From positions 56,730,001 through 56,794,000 of the forward strand of contig NC_043009.1 of the NCBI RefSeq assembly GCF_006345805.1: a stretch of DNA of 64,000 nt, in the 5' to 3' direction. Source of the DNA: Octopus sinensis (taxonomy: Eukaryota). The position numbers were made by a program, and so were the translations under genes. Below, in pieces: positions 42,438 to 55,426 of this stretch; the first letter of the stretch is position 1, and each line of letters begins with the position of its first letter. The notes under the pieces were generated by a model that saw only the letters and a program-made list of their open reading frames with translations, made no database searches and had not been told where the DNA came from.

Positions 42438-42799
42438 AACTACACACTGAATTGTAATACTGTAATAGGCAGATGTATTTCAAGAGGGCACGGCTTGGAT
42501 TTAACCCTACTTACATGACATATGTCTGAATGTATGTATGTATTCAAAAAAATACAATGGACTATGGAAGTAGATGAATTTATTAATTGCGATAGCTGTA
42601 CAATTGCAAACGTATGAGCCTGAGTGTTTCCGGTGAATATGAATAACTTCATCTGTTTTATGTGTAATGAACAGAGTTAATTTTTTAATTGTTGCTTTGA
42701 TTAACATCTACTGCCACTCTGCAAGTCACATCATCACAACTAAGTGGAAGCGATGTTGCCACGTGCTTGACATTCAATAGGTTATAAATGACATATGTG

Positions 42800-44200
42800 T
42801 TCTGTGATGTATGCACTGCATGAACTCTTATTTGATTTGGTTTGCCGTGACCTCACATATTGAGGGTTCCCGCGTGCCTGACGTAAATCTATTTTTAACA
42901 TCCTCAACTCTGAAATATTTTCAATATTTGTTTTGAGGCGCATTGTCCACTATGACAATAACTCAATGAATTAGCCACTGAATCTCAGTAAAATCACAAT
43001 AATATCACAATAATTTCACAATATCACAACTGTAAATATAAAATGATTGAAGAATAGCCTCGTAGGTGTACGTAATATGATTCGTAAACCTTTTTGATAC
43101 TTATGAAGGTCAGTTTTAGAGCAATTTTGCAGAATCATGACCTAACATAATACCAGCAACAGCATGACAATATGAACAACCACTCGATAAATTCCATTCC
43201 ACATCTTAATGTTTAGTGTTTTCTCAGTATGGGCAGCGTCTTTTTTCTTTATATGTATAAAGCCCATATATGACTCTTTGACTTCAGCTTTCTTTGACTT
43301 GAAGTCAATGTCAACAAATTGAATCACTTAGATCGATTACTGACGACGAACCACATCGACATTCTACACATCCAGTGTGAAATCATAACTGAATACCATA
43401 ATATTTATCTCCACGAATTGTTAACAAATAATAGTTTCGCACATATGAAGCCATGTGATTTATAAATTCACTTTGAATTTCAGAAGAAAGGTACGATGTT
43501 AACGATTTTCTGTACTTTTTAAACGTTCTACATCAGTCGTGAGTAAAATGCGACACGCAATGCTGTCTGAATGGCACGCCAAAGGAAAAATTACTTAGAA
43601 ATTTTTTAGCAGTGTGGCTCACCTGATGACGAGCCATATTTGATGCGGCCCGCTTCTCGAAAAAGTTGCACATGCTTGTTCTAAATGCTCTTTTTACAGC
43701 AAAAGTAACATGAAATTTCCTGTTTTCGTTTGATGCCATCCTCAGTAAGACTACGAAATGCAAGATTCTAAGAAGTTAGATATTTTGTACAATCTAGCAA
43801 CAGTATATCTCTTAATTTTATTTTATCACTACATTTGCTTTAGTAGTTCTTCATCAATGTCACCTTGAAGACGAATTCGGTGTTTGTTTGTTTTTTTGTT
43901 TTTTTGTTTTTGTTTTTTCAAGTAGGAAATGACTCACGACTGTCGCTATTTTCAAGGACAAATAAGTTTTGAATATTTTTCCGCTTAGGGGATCCACCCT
44001 GTGTTTTGAAAGCCTGCCGATTACCGGATGTCACATAAATTTTTAAAAAGTGGCAATGGCAATATATGCAGTATGCTGCTTTATGTAAATAGGTATACAT
44101 CAACTGGGAATGATTAACCTCTTTCCCTTTCAGAAACTATTGTTTGAACCCAAATGTGTCCTTATATAACGCCCATATCTAACCTCAAAAAGACATTTAT
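42800..44200 (-). pseudogene. Highly degenerate hAT (ZMYM1-like) transposase
   Basis: Fragments KAAYCIYCH (TTF-type finger), LDCTKYLTS*NLAFRS, EIQSEFINHMAS and QFVDIDFKSKKAEVKESYMGFIHI..KDAA. Confidence 0.6.
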
Positions 44201-45351
44201 ACTGCAATTAATGTATTCTCTTTGTGATGTGCATGTGTTACAACTACGAAGCCAGTTTTATCAAATTTCATGCAATCAATATCATTGTATATTAAAATAT
44301 TTTAGGTCGTCTTTTTTTAGCTTAAGTAACACTGTTCTAGTTAATTTTTGCTGACAAAGTGGAATTATTTTGCTTACAATTAGGATATCTTTCGATAGAT
44401 TTTCAATGGATTTCTTTCTAAAATGAAATATAATATTTACAATCATGCACATTGATCTGTTTACTACCAGCATGCTGGCTAACACGTGTTGTAATTTCTA
44501 GCAAGAAAATCTCTCATTGATTTGCTTGACTCCACACCTGAAACTGCAAATTATGCGTTTTGTATACTTCTGGTTCACTTTCTTTATTCAGCATAATGGG
44601 GATAAAACGATAACTAAATAGTGAGTACTCTGTTTAACCTCAAGGCTTCTACCAATTTTAATGAAGAAAAAAGTCATAACGCGTATTTTAAAAAAGTTTT
44701 CAAAAAATAAAACCATGAGTCCCCGAAAATCTAAGTCGACCAAACGCCAGAACTTTTATACGAGTTGCTCAGTGAAAATGTTTCGACGAGTCATTTTACT
44801 TAGTAACACTAGTCATAGTAGTCTTGATTGTCACAATAAAAAATCTTTCGTCATATTCTGTAAACGTAGTCTTAATTTTAGTTGGGTCATAATTTCGAAC
44901 TAATTCATTAAAGTTTGTTAAAGTGCATAACAAAGAAAAGAAAAGCAATAAAATTAAAGATCTTCAATAATTGTTCCAAAATTGATATCACATTGAGCAT
45001 AAATTCATTGTTGACATTATCATTTGTATTGGGGAAAAATAACATAAATTAAAACATCTATTGGCCATGTTTGTTTCCTGTAAACTGAACTAAACAAGTA
45101 TAATACAGTACAGTGATTCATTTTGTGTACTAACGGAATAATGTGCACTTTCTTCTTTTCACTTCAGTCAATAGATGTTCTTAATAGCTCACTTTAAAAA
45201 AAATGTTGTAAAATTACTCATTTGTAATGCCGAAATAAATAGCTCCGCATTACCAATCAATTAGACCAAAAATATGAACCAAAGCATGTTTGCGTATCTT
45301 AAGATTATATATGAAGTTAGACGATCTCATGTGAGACGATAATGAATAGTA

Positions 45352-45765
45352 ATAATCCTTTCTGCTATAGGCACAAAGCCTAAAATTTTGGGGCAGGGGG
45401 GACAGTCGATTAGATCGACTTCAGTACGTAACTGGTACTTAATTTACAGACCCCGAAACGACGAAAGGCAAAGTCGATTTCGGCGGAATTTGAACTCAGA
45501 ACATAAATACAAATGAGGTACCACTAGGTATTTCGCCCGGCGTGCTAACGATTCTGGCAGCTCGCCCCCTTTGATAATGAACAGTAATAATAAAACAGTC
45601 ATTTCGTCCGTCTTTATGTTCTGAGTTCAAATTCCGCCGAGGTCGACTTTGCCTTTCATCCTTTCGGGGTTGATAAATTAAGTATCAGTTGTGTACTGGG
45701 ATCGATCTAATCGACTGGCCCCTTCCCCAAAATTTCGGGCCTTGTGCCTAGAGTAGAAAAGAATA
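45352..45765. mobile_element. Divergent pair of family A SINEs (45352-45568 minus; headless 45598-45765 plus)
   Basis: Both carry the core and the ggccttgtgcctag tail. Confidence 0.85.
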
Positions 45766-46247
45766 ATAAAAAAAAGTATTAAACTATCATCTTACTTGAG
45801 CGGCATTAGACGGTAAAACTTTAAAACAAATTTGAACGGAGTCAATTAAGAAACAGATCAAAATTATGTCCGCCTGTGTTCACTTAAATAAAGTAACACT
45901 GTTGTATTTACTTAATGTAGGACAGTGACGCTATATAGTAGGATATGACATAATTGTTGATAATCGGCAGTGTGAGCAAGTGAAAATTTGGCGCCCCGGT
46001 CACACATGCATTCAGGGAAGTTGCTTCTTAAACCCTACTTTTACCAAGCCCATCATTTTACTTCTTGATCTGTTCATATACATGCACAAATATGAAGTGC
46101 TGATGTTATCTATTTATGGGGAAATAGGCTTTTTAGAATCAAGGGCTCTGAGTATCAATTGTTATTAAGAACAGTGATTCCAACAAAATGTATGATACAC
46201 GCACACACATACACACGCATACATGCATACATGCATACATACATACA

Positions 46248-46281
<34 letters not shown>

Positions 46282-47107
46282 CATACATACATATGTGCAT
46301 ACATAAATACGTACATACATACATGCATGCACACATACATACATATATACATATTTACATAATTACATACATACAAGCAAAAATACACCGTTGTTCAAAT
46401 TGAAATTCCAATGAAGGAGCCTTGGATATAGGTTAGAAACCGGCTCTTTCTCTATTAACAAGAAATCTTGAAATAAAACTGAATAATGACGTATATACAT
46501 ACAGTATATACGCAGTGTGAAGTCTTGGATTTCCTGCTTTTAAAAAATAATTAAAGTATTTGCCGTATGTTGGTCATGTTTTCCCTCCTCCACCAGAGGA
46601 AGCCAAAGACGTGTTAGTAATTAATGATAAATATTTCTTGGCTTCACTTGTAAACAGAGAGAGGAAATGATTTAAATATAATCGCTACTGCGACAACGAA
46701 ATCTATTTTCTAAGGGTTCCCTACTCTTATAGGTTTGCCATTTGAATATAAACACACGATCGTTGTGTTGCATTTTTCTCTATTTCTTTCCCATCAAACC
46801 AGACGACCGTGAACATTAATTCAAAATGAAAGCTTAAAATTTCTCCTCGCTAAAGTAATTCTTATGCTATCACTATTAATATAGAAGTATATGGATATTT
46901 CGTCTACAATAAATTGAATCTTTGTTTTTGATATCTTTTATCTCTTTTGATGTATTTTATTGTTCTATTTTTGGTATTTTCCATTCTGTAATCTTTTTAT
47001 GGTCATTTGAACTAGGACTTTTATATTTTAGACAAGGCAATAGTTTTTCCAAGTAAAAGAAAAAACGTGAATACTGATTATATCTAAGTATATCATAAAC
47101 AAATATA

Positions 47108-47878
47108 CATGATGTTCGGGCTAAATTTGATAGTTTGCACAAAAGGGAAAGAAAATACAATATCCCAACTGCAAATAAAAGTATTTTTAAAAAATCAAAA
47201 AAATCATCTAGATTGTTGCTGTGAGATAACAGTTTACTAGAAATAGTTACCCTCAGCTTCCACCACGGCCGCAACCTGAACCTGGCGCATGCGTTCCTTA
47301 TTGTGTACTTGAGAAGATCTTCCAACACCGCCTTGATCTTGGCTACCATCAGTCTTAATGTTGTAGGTAGGGCTATTGATGTCTTTTTCAACTGCGCTTC
47401 ACACAGTTTTCCACGGGATTACACCGGAGTAATTAGAAGGTCAGACACTGGGGCAGGTGAAGTCGTAAAAGATTCTTCGACAACCATTTCTGACTCTTTC
47501 CGGAGGTTTGGCACAACCCTCTCTAGCCAGAATTTGACCATAGCCTCCAGCAGCTTCACAAGGTCGTCTGAATTGAGTTTAAGGCCCTGTTCAAAGATGT
47601 GGAGCGGCAGACGTCCCTCTTACAGCTTTTACACTATGCACAAAGCATTGAGCAGTAGTCATGATGTCGGCATTTTGAGACTGGGCACGAGTCATGATAC
47701 AGGTAACTCTTTTCTAATATTCCGATGACTTCCAGTCCTCCATGCCAGTTAACTTTTTCTCAAGTACAACTTTAATCTTTATGCTCTCCGTTGCCGTTGA
47801 CTGTTCTTCTTGAACAGTTGTTCTTGAATTCTTGAAAAAAAAAACACAAAGATCGTCAAATTTATCTCGAACACCCTG
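47108..47878 (-). mobile_element. Internally deleted maT/DD37D-like Tc1/mariner element
   Basis: 23-bp TIRs (19/23 match) with TA on both sides. KLLEAMVKFWLER and AKIKAVLEDLLKYTIRNACARFR. Confidence 0.7.
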
Positions 47879-47961
47879 TATATAAGTTTTTACTGACACT
47901 TGTATCGGTTCTGTATAGTATTGGTATCCACCTATGACCGGCCTATGTAAATATCGATCAT

Positions 47962-48410
47962 GGCGGCGAACTGGCGGAATCGTTAGCACGCCGGGCAAAA
48001 CACCTAGCGGCATTTCGTCTATCTTTTATACTCTGAGTTCAAATTTCGCTAGGATCGACTTTGCCTCCTTTCGGAGTCGATAAAATAAATACCAGTTGAG
48101 CGCTGGGATCAATCTAATCGACTTAGACTCTAACATGAAATTGCTGGCCTTGTGCCAAAATTTGAAACCGATATATAAATATCGATCAGCCAATTAAAAT
48201 CGCTCACGCCGGGCGAAATGCTTAGTGGTATTTCGTCTGTCTTTACGTTCTGAGTTCAAATTCCAACGAGGTCGGCTTTGCCTTTCATCCTTTCGGGATC
48301 GATAAATTAAGTACCAGTTGAGTACTGGGGTCGATGTAATCGACTGGCCTACACTCCCAAAATTTCGGGCCTTGTGCCTAGAATAGAAAAGATTATTATT
48401 ATTACTAGCA
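47962..48410 (+). mobile_element. Two family A SINEs
   Basis: The first is flanked by a TSD-like taaatatcgatca. The second (about 48200-48410) is 5'-truncated with an (ATT)n tail. Confidence 0.85.
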
Positions 48411-48785
48411 ATACTAAATCAAATTTCACAATATATTATATATGTATATAATTAAGAGACAAAACCTCTATTAAGTAATTCAATTAATAGTGAAAGATAT
48501 TATCTACAATAAATCATTTAGAAAGAATTTAAACATATTATTTTTTAAAATTTTATTTTATCTAGTTTCAGCTCACGAGCTGTGGCCATGCTGGGGCACC
48601 GCCATTTATAATAAATATTATTCTAAAAATCCCAAAATTATTTAATTCAGTGATTTTTAGAATAATATTTATTATAATATATTTAAATTCTTTCTATATG
48701 ATTTATTTTAGATAATATCTTTCACTATTAATTGAATTACTTAATAGAGGTTTTGTCTCTTAATTATATACATACACACACACAT

Positions 48786-48824
<39 letters not shown>

Positions 48825-49465
48825 CGTATGTATGTATGTATGTATGTATGTATGTATGTATGTATGTATGTATGTATGTATGTATGCATGTATGTATGTA
48901 TGCATGTATGTATGTATATCTGTATGTAATGGATATCCTCTATGAATTCGTGTAAATTGATCCGGAGAGCTATAAGGAAATATAGCATGACAAACTGAAA
49001 TAACTCTGATACTCACAATACATAAATACACTAAATACCGTTAATAAGTTCCAATGAATATTTCTCATATTCTTTTATGGTTCATTTGATCCTTCCTGAA
49101 GGTTAGGAATGCTGATAGTCGAACCTTGAACATCCTGTTTTAACCTAAGCTTTTCTTATTGTTCCTGTTATAAATATGCTTTCTGACGAGAAAATCGCGA
49201 CTTGGTTTATAGAATTTGATAATAATGAGGATTATTTGTCTAAGCTTGCTCCTTTCTCACCTTATTGTTGTTGTCGTGGATATTGTTGCTGTAGTGTTTA
49301 CTTTTCATGCTCGCGATGTTAGTACATTTATGTATGTGCGTGTGCTTGTGCTTGTGCATATGCATACATATATACATTTGTGTGTGTGTGTGTGTTTGTG
49401 TAGAATATATGTACATGTATGTGTAGCTATAATCATATACGTGTATATGTTTAAGCATCAATATA

Positions 49466-49513
<48 letters not shown>

Positions 49514-49543
49514 CACACACACATACATACGTGTGTTTGTCTT

Positions 49544-49585
<42 letters not shown>

Positions 49586-50406
49586 TGTACTTGTGTTTAT
49601 TGGAATTCAGTGGAAACCGGGTATTCTGTTAATGAAATGGGTTATTGTCGGTTGTGGGTGTTGAGGGGTGGGGAACAATGACGTAGGAAACCGATAAACA
49701 ATGGCTACTTCAAATACCCGCGACTGGCTTTTACTGTGTTCGCAACAATGCACAACAACAGCTGCAATAACAACAACAACAACAACAATAGCAGAAGCCA
49801 CTTTTTTTTTTATATTTAATTGATGTAAGTGAAGAACACAAGAATGTTGATTTTGAGTAAGAGAGCAGAAATGTAATGATACGGGTGGCGGCTGGGTGGA
49901 ATGGTATTGGAATGTATACAATCCGGTGGTAACTGGTGGAACCGAAAATTTAGGTGAAATGGAGATGGGGTGCGAAGGGGTGGAAGAAGGAGAAGGAAGG
50001 TGGAAGGAGGTGGAGGAGATGATGATGATGATGATGATGATGATGGTGGGGGTGACGGCGGCGGCGGTGGTGGTGGTGGTGGTGGCGGCGGAGAAATTCT
50101 CAGCAATTGATGACTTAAAGATTGACAGTGAATGGAGGAGATGGAAATTGACACGGCTGACAACCTCGGCAAAGCATTCCAGATTCAAATGTTGTAAAAG
50201 CACATTAAACGCGTTGACTTCACTGATCCCGTAGGGTCAATGATGGCAACGGACACGTTCTATTCTTCCAGTCAATACTACAAAATAAACTGAGATTCTT
50301 TGAGTGACAGTGACTCTTAAGATATTGAAATATAAAATTATATACATCATTACATTTACATTATTTATAAATAATGTAAATGTGGGCATAAAAAAAAGAA
50401 AAGCCC

Positions 50407-50481
50407 ATGGACATATGGCGTAGTGGTTAATAGCGCGGGCTACTAACCCCAAGATTCCGAGTTTGATTCCAGGCAGTAACC

Positions 50482-50545
<64 letters not shown>

Positions 50546-50750
50546 TAAATTAATAATAATAACAACAACAACAACAACATCAAAAAATACCTTAGGAATG
50601 AGAACCCAGGTTCAAAATTTCCCCAAGACACCTGATGGAGGCTGGAGGGTATATTAGCCGAAACGCTGTGTTAACAACAAACAAGATGAGGACAAATATC
50701 CGTCAAGTATAAGTAATGTAAATAGTGTAAATAATGTACATAGTTCCTCA
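50407..50750 (+). mobile_element. Composite element: tRNA-like Pol III head + (AAT)n/(AAC)n + hammerhead-bearing tail
   Basis: A box TGGCGTAGTGG at 50416-50426, B-box-like AGTTTGATTCC at 50460-50470, repeat 50483-50579, HHR-like motif 50628-50671, tgtaaata-type tandem tail. Confidence 0.7.
50628..50671 (+). ncRNA. Degenerate type I hammerhead motif
   Basis: ACAC-CUGAUGg-A-GGCUG..UAGCC-GAAA-CGcU-GUGU. A9G and U16.1C deviate from the catalytic consensus. Confidence 0.65.
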
Positions 50751-50802
50751 TTTAAAAAAAAAATTAAAAATAAAATTATATGGCTGAAGAAAATAAGGGA
50801 TA

Positions 50803-50897
<95 letters not shown>

Positions 50898-50914
50898 ATA
50901 TATATATATATATA

Positions 50915-51146
50915 TTCTTTTATTCCGTTATTCTTTTATTGGTTTCAGCTATTTGACTGCGGCCATACTGGAACACCGCCTTTAGTCGAATAAATTGACT
51001 CAGGACTTATTTTTTTGTAAGCCTAATACTTATTATGTCTTTTGCCGAAGCATTAAGTTACGGGGACGTAAACACACCATCACCGGTTGTCAAGCGACTG
51101 TGAGGGTGACAAACACAGACACACAAACAAATATACACAGATAAAT

Positions 51147-51194
<48 letters not shown>

Positions 51195-51340
51195 GACGGG
51201 CTTCTTTCAGTTTCCGTCTACCAAATCCACACACAAAGCCTTGGTCAGCCCGAGGGTATAGAAGTCACTTGCCCAAGGTGCCATGAAGTGAGACTGAATA
51301 CGGAACCATATGGTTGAGGAGCACGCTTCTCTCCACACAG
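50915..51340 (-). mobile_element. Full-length SINE family B, diverged
   Basis: Tail gtttcagctatttgactgcggcc through to head ccacacagccacgcctg. Confidence 0.85.
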
Positions 51341-51801
51341 CCACGCCTGTATATATTGTTTGTAAACAAGAATTTGAGCTCTTTTTCTGTGAAGAATAAG
51401 TTAATCATCAGTAGACAGGTGACTCATACACATGCAGAGGTGCACATGCACGCTATACTAATACACACATACACACATACACACATGCACACACACAAAG
51501 TCGTGCACAATCACACACATGCAACTGCATGCAACACACTTTCATGTACAAACTCTTGCATATACACCTTCTTCTTCTTCTTCTTCTTCTTCTTCTTCTT
51601 CTTCTTCCTTAAAGGGACTGTAGCCTTGTAAGGAGATGTACTCAATACTGGAAAGGCTGTATACACCATTCAGCCTTATTTATTGCTTTAGTCGGCAGTT
51701 CCACAAGAGGAAACATTGCATCTGGTGACTTTATGTTTAATTTTGGAAACGTATGTCTTTCGCAAACAGATTTTCACACACTCCTGTACAACCCTATCCC
51801 C

Positions 51802-51834
<33 letters not shown>

Positions 51835-52008
51835 ACACACACATACACACACACACATACACACACACACACACCACACACACACACACATACACACGAC
51901 ATATAGGTGGGGGCCTTCCAAATTACCAAATATTTATAATCATAATCCGGTGTTGCAAATGAGTAAGAGCATATGTTTTGGTGTGACATCAACAACTACT
52001 GCTGCATA

Positions 52009-53274
52009 CGAGGGGCGTTCAATAAGAAATGCCCCTGACCCACTTCCCATGGCAGTAGAGCAACGAAACTTGGCACAGTTATTAGTCTTTTTCTACATAG
52101 GAACCACCCAGAGTTAAGCATTTCTCCCATCGTTTGATGCAGCTCTGGAGACCGTTTTTGTAGAAGACCCCAGCTTGGTCCACCAACCACGACGTGACTT
52201 CAGAAATCAAGGCTGCATCATCTGTGAAACGCTTTCCTTTCAAAAACAACTTCATGGCTGGGAAGAGGTGAAAATCAGAGGGTGCAAGGTCAGGAGAGTA
52301 GGGGGAATGGGGGAGGAGTTCATAGCCGCACGCCTGTGCTTCAGATCTGGCGACAAGCGAGTTGTGGACTGGAGCATTGTCCTGCAGGAGGAGGATGCCT
52401 TTGCTGATCTTGCCCCGCCTCTTGATTTTGATAGCTTCTCTTAATTTCCTCAAAAGTGAAACATAATAGGCTCCTGTAATTGTGGTACCCTTTGCCAGGA
52501 AATCTGTCATCACTACTCCGTCCTGGTCCCAGAAGACTGAGCATGACCTTGCCAGCGGATGGCTGCACCCTTGCCTTCTTTGGAGGAGGTGAGTCACGAT
52601 ACTTCCACTGCATTGACTGGGCTTTGGTCTCTGGATCATAGTGATGAACCCAGGTTTCATCCTGTGTAATCTGCCTTTTGAAAAAATTTAACTCATCTTC
52701 TTGGCACATCTCCAAATTCATCCTCGAGCACTCGACGCGTTCTTGCTTCTGGAAAGGTGTGAGCAACATGGGAATCCATCTGGCAGACACCTTTTGCATA
52801 TGCAAATGGTCATGAATGATAGTTTCCACAGACCCAGTACTAATCTTGACCTCATGGGCTATTCCAAAATGGCAGCCTCAACTTGACGGATAGATGCCTC
52901 ATCAATGGCAGAAGGGGGGCGACCAGATCTGGGAGCTGTTTCCACAGAGTTCCAACCATGTTTGAATTCACGATGCCAGCGTTTTACAAGGTCATATGAT
53001 GGGGCATCATCACCTTAAGTTACTTTCATTTCATTAAAAGTCTCCCGTGGTGTGCGTCCTTTCAAATACAAAAACCGGATCACTGCTCGACACTCAACAG
53101 GCTCCATTTCACACTTGACTCAGTTCAAACACCTGTAAATTAGAAACCACAATTAGTTCAGAGCTGTAATTTGCCACTTAATCTATAGAGATATAAATAA
53201 TTGTACATGCAAAATTTCAGCTAGATCAAACAACTGCAAGTGGGTCAGAGGCATTACTTTTTGAACGTCCCTCG
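52009..53274 (-). mobile_element. Near-full-length mariner (irritans-like) with pseudogenised transposase, 53107 to 52082
   Basis: TA-cgaggggcgttcaa / ttgaacgtccctcg-TA. DETWVHHY, QDNAPVH and YSPDLAPSDF motifs. One stop and frameshifts. Confidence 0.92.
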
Positions 53275-53354
53275 TAAATAACAACAGTGATATCTAGATT
53301 AATACCAGGGACGACGACGATGACTTCAACAGAAGCAACAACAATAATAATAAT

Positions 53355-53560
53355 CCTTTCTACTGAAGGCACAAGGCTTGAGGAGGGGGATAGTCGATTA
53401 CATTGAGCCCAGTACTCAACTGGTACTTAATTTATCGATACTGAAATGATGAAAGCCAAAGTCGACCTCGCCGGAATTTGAACTCAGAGCGTAAAGACCG
53501 ACGAAATACTGCTAAGCACTTCGCCCGGTGTGCTAATGATTCTGCTAGGTTACCCCCTTA
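53355..53560 (-). mobile_element. SINE family A
   Basis: Reverse complement of the core and ggcacaagg tail. Confidence 0.8.
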
Positions 53561-53581
53561 AATAATAATAATAATAATAAC

Positions 53582-53650
<69 letters not shown>

Positions 53651-53651
<1 letters not shown>

Positions 53652-54290
53652 GTGTCACAATAAAAACACATGTAATTGCGCAACATGATAATCGCTATCT
53701 CATATGAGTGACAATGAAAAAACAAAATATTGTGAATAACGGTAGTAATGACACTAAAGCCCTTGCTGGTGACAGTGTTGCACCGGGCAGGCTCAGAGAT
53801 ACTGATCCGGCTTCAACCTGACCTTATCCAGCAAAAGACCAGCACACACGGCGCATATGGAACAAACAAGTCAATACTGTGGTTATGGAGTGTTAATACC
53901 TGAGCAACCCTATAGACGAAAATGGTGTTCATATTAGGTGTTCATACCGACAACGTATGTATGATCAATGGAGAGAAAGAGGATTGTTTCAACTCACGGA
54001 ACAGAGAGTATGTGATCAAGCTAGATCAATAAGAAAAAAATGTTGGTTCACAGAAGTAGAGTTCGAAACTGTCAAAAGACGGGTATTGGAAAACAGCAGC
54101 AGAATAAACGATGAAAATACAGTTCTTATTGATAAAAGTAATCTCATAGCAGAAAACAGGTGAGATCTCTAATAAACCACAGGAAAGGAATGGTGATAGT
54201 TTGCTTGATGAGAGACATATAAATGGCCTGGAAGAAGATATAAAACTAATGGTGACATGATAGATGGGCAAAAAGTAATCGGAATAAAAG
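53651..54290 (+). mobile_element. R4/Dong-like element 5' end / N-terminal domain
   Basis: RRIWNKQVNTVVMEC*YLSNP...YRQRMYDQWRERG..TEQRVCDQARSIRKKCWFTEVE. Begins immediately after (AAT)n. Confidence 0.7.
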
Positions 54291-54559
54291 GTTGAGTAGC
54301 TGTTACTGTTGTTGACGTTTTTGTTAGGTATCAGTTTAGTTCTCATTTTCGCTTGTCAAATTGTGACTATGTTATAACCGTGTCGCTTCATTGTCATTTT
54401 TTTCGGGTTTTTTTCTGCTTTATTCTTTTTTCTGTTGAATTTGTTTTAAAAATTTTGGGGGAATAATTTCACTTTTAGTTCGATTTTGACTAGTATTTCC
54501 TCTGCTACTCAGAAGCAGAAGTAACTATATCAGTTCATTCATAAATAAATCAAAATAAG

Positions 54560-54775
54560 GCAGCGAGCTGGCAGAATTTTTTTTAGCAAATCAGGCGAAA
54601 TGCATAGCGATATTTCGTCCGTTTTTACGTTCTGAGTTCAAATTCCGCCGAGGTCGACTTTGCTTTTCATCCTTTTGGGATCGGTAAAATAAGTACCAGC
54701 CGAACACAAGGGTCGATATGATTGACTTACCCCTCCCCCAAAATTTCTGGCCTTGTGCCAAAATTTGAAATAGAT
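54560..54775 (+). mobile_element. SINE family A with TSD
   Basis: aataaatcaaaat flanks both sides. Confidence 0.85.
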
Positions 54776-55426
54776 GAATAAATCAAAATTGGCATTTACA
54801 AAATTGTGTAAGCAATGAAAATGTTCAAAATATCCAATGGCGAACTTTCCCTTCTGTCCTAGAGTAATGAGGTAAATATTCAGATGTTCCGAAGCATTTC
54901 ATTGGTAAAAATAACCTGCAATTTTTTTTTCCATGAAGTAATCTTAGAAGGAAATATCTTCCAAGCGGGATCTGTGAAACATGATCGTTCGCAGCAAACA
55001 ACAACAACTATAATTATCAAGTTAAGACTGTTTCCTACAAAGGTACGAATACAACAATAACAGCAACAACAACACCAACAAGGTATACCAAGTAATTAGA
55101 AAGATGATTTGAATGATTTCTTTTTAATTATATCAGATACTTAAGTTAGCAGCAAGAATTACAACTACAACCACAGTTCTATCTCTACGGATATTTCATA
55201 CTCAATAGGCTTCTGAAGTGATACAAATGCACTTCAAAAGTACATAAAAACTGTCTATGTGCGTGGGTGCGTGTGTATGTATACATGTATCCATGTGTGT
55301 ATGTATATATATATGTAATATATATTAAGTACTTTCACTTCAATGTGTGTGTGTATGTGTGTGTATTGAAGTGTAAGGAATACTTCCTTAATAAACGTAC
55401 AATTATATTCTCCTTGAATAAACATA

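Noticed and set aside
43615-43675. ctgatga-c-gag...ctc-gaaa
   Set aside because: No stem I or III; lies within hAT transposase remnant.
41415-50470. tRNA genes at the 41.5-kb and 50.4-kb heads
   Set aside because: They lack a complete cloverleaf and acceptor stem; they are SINE heads.
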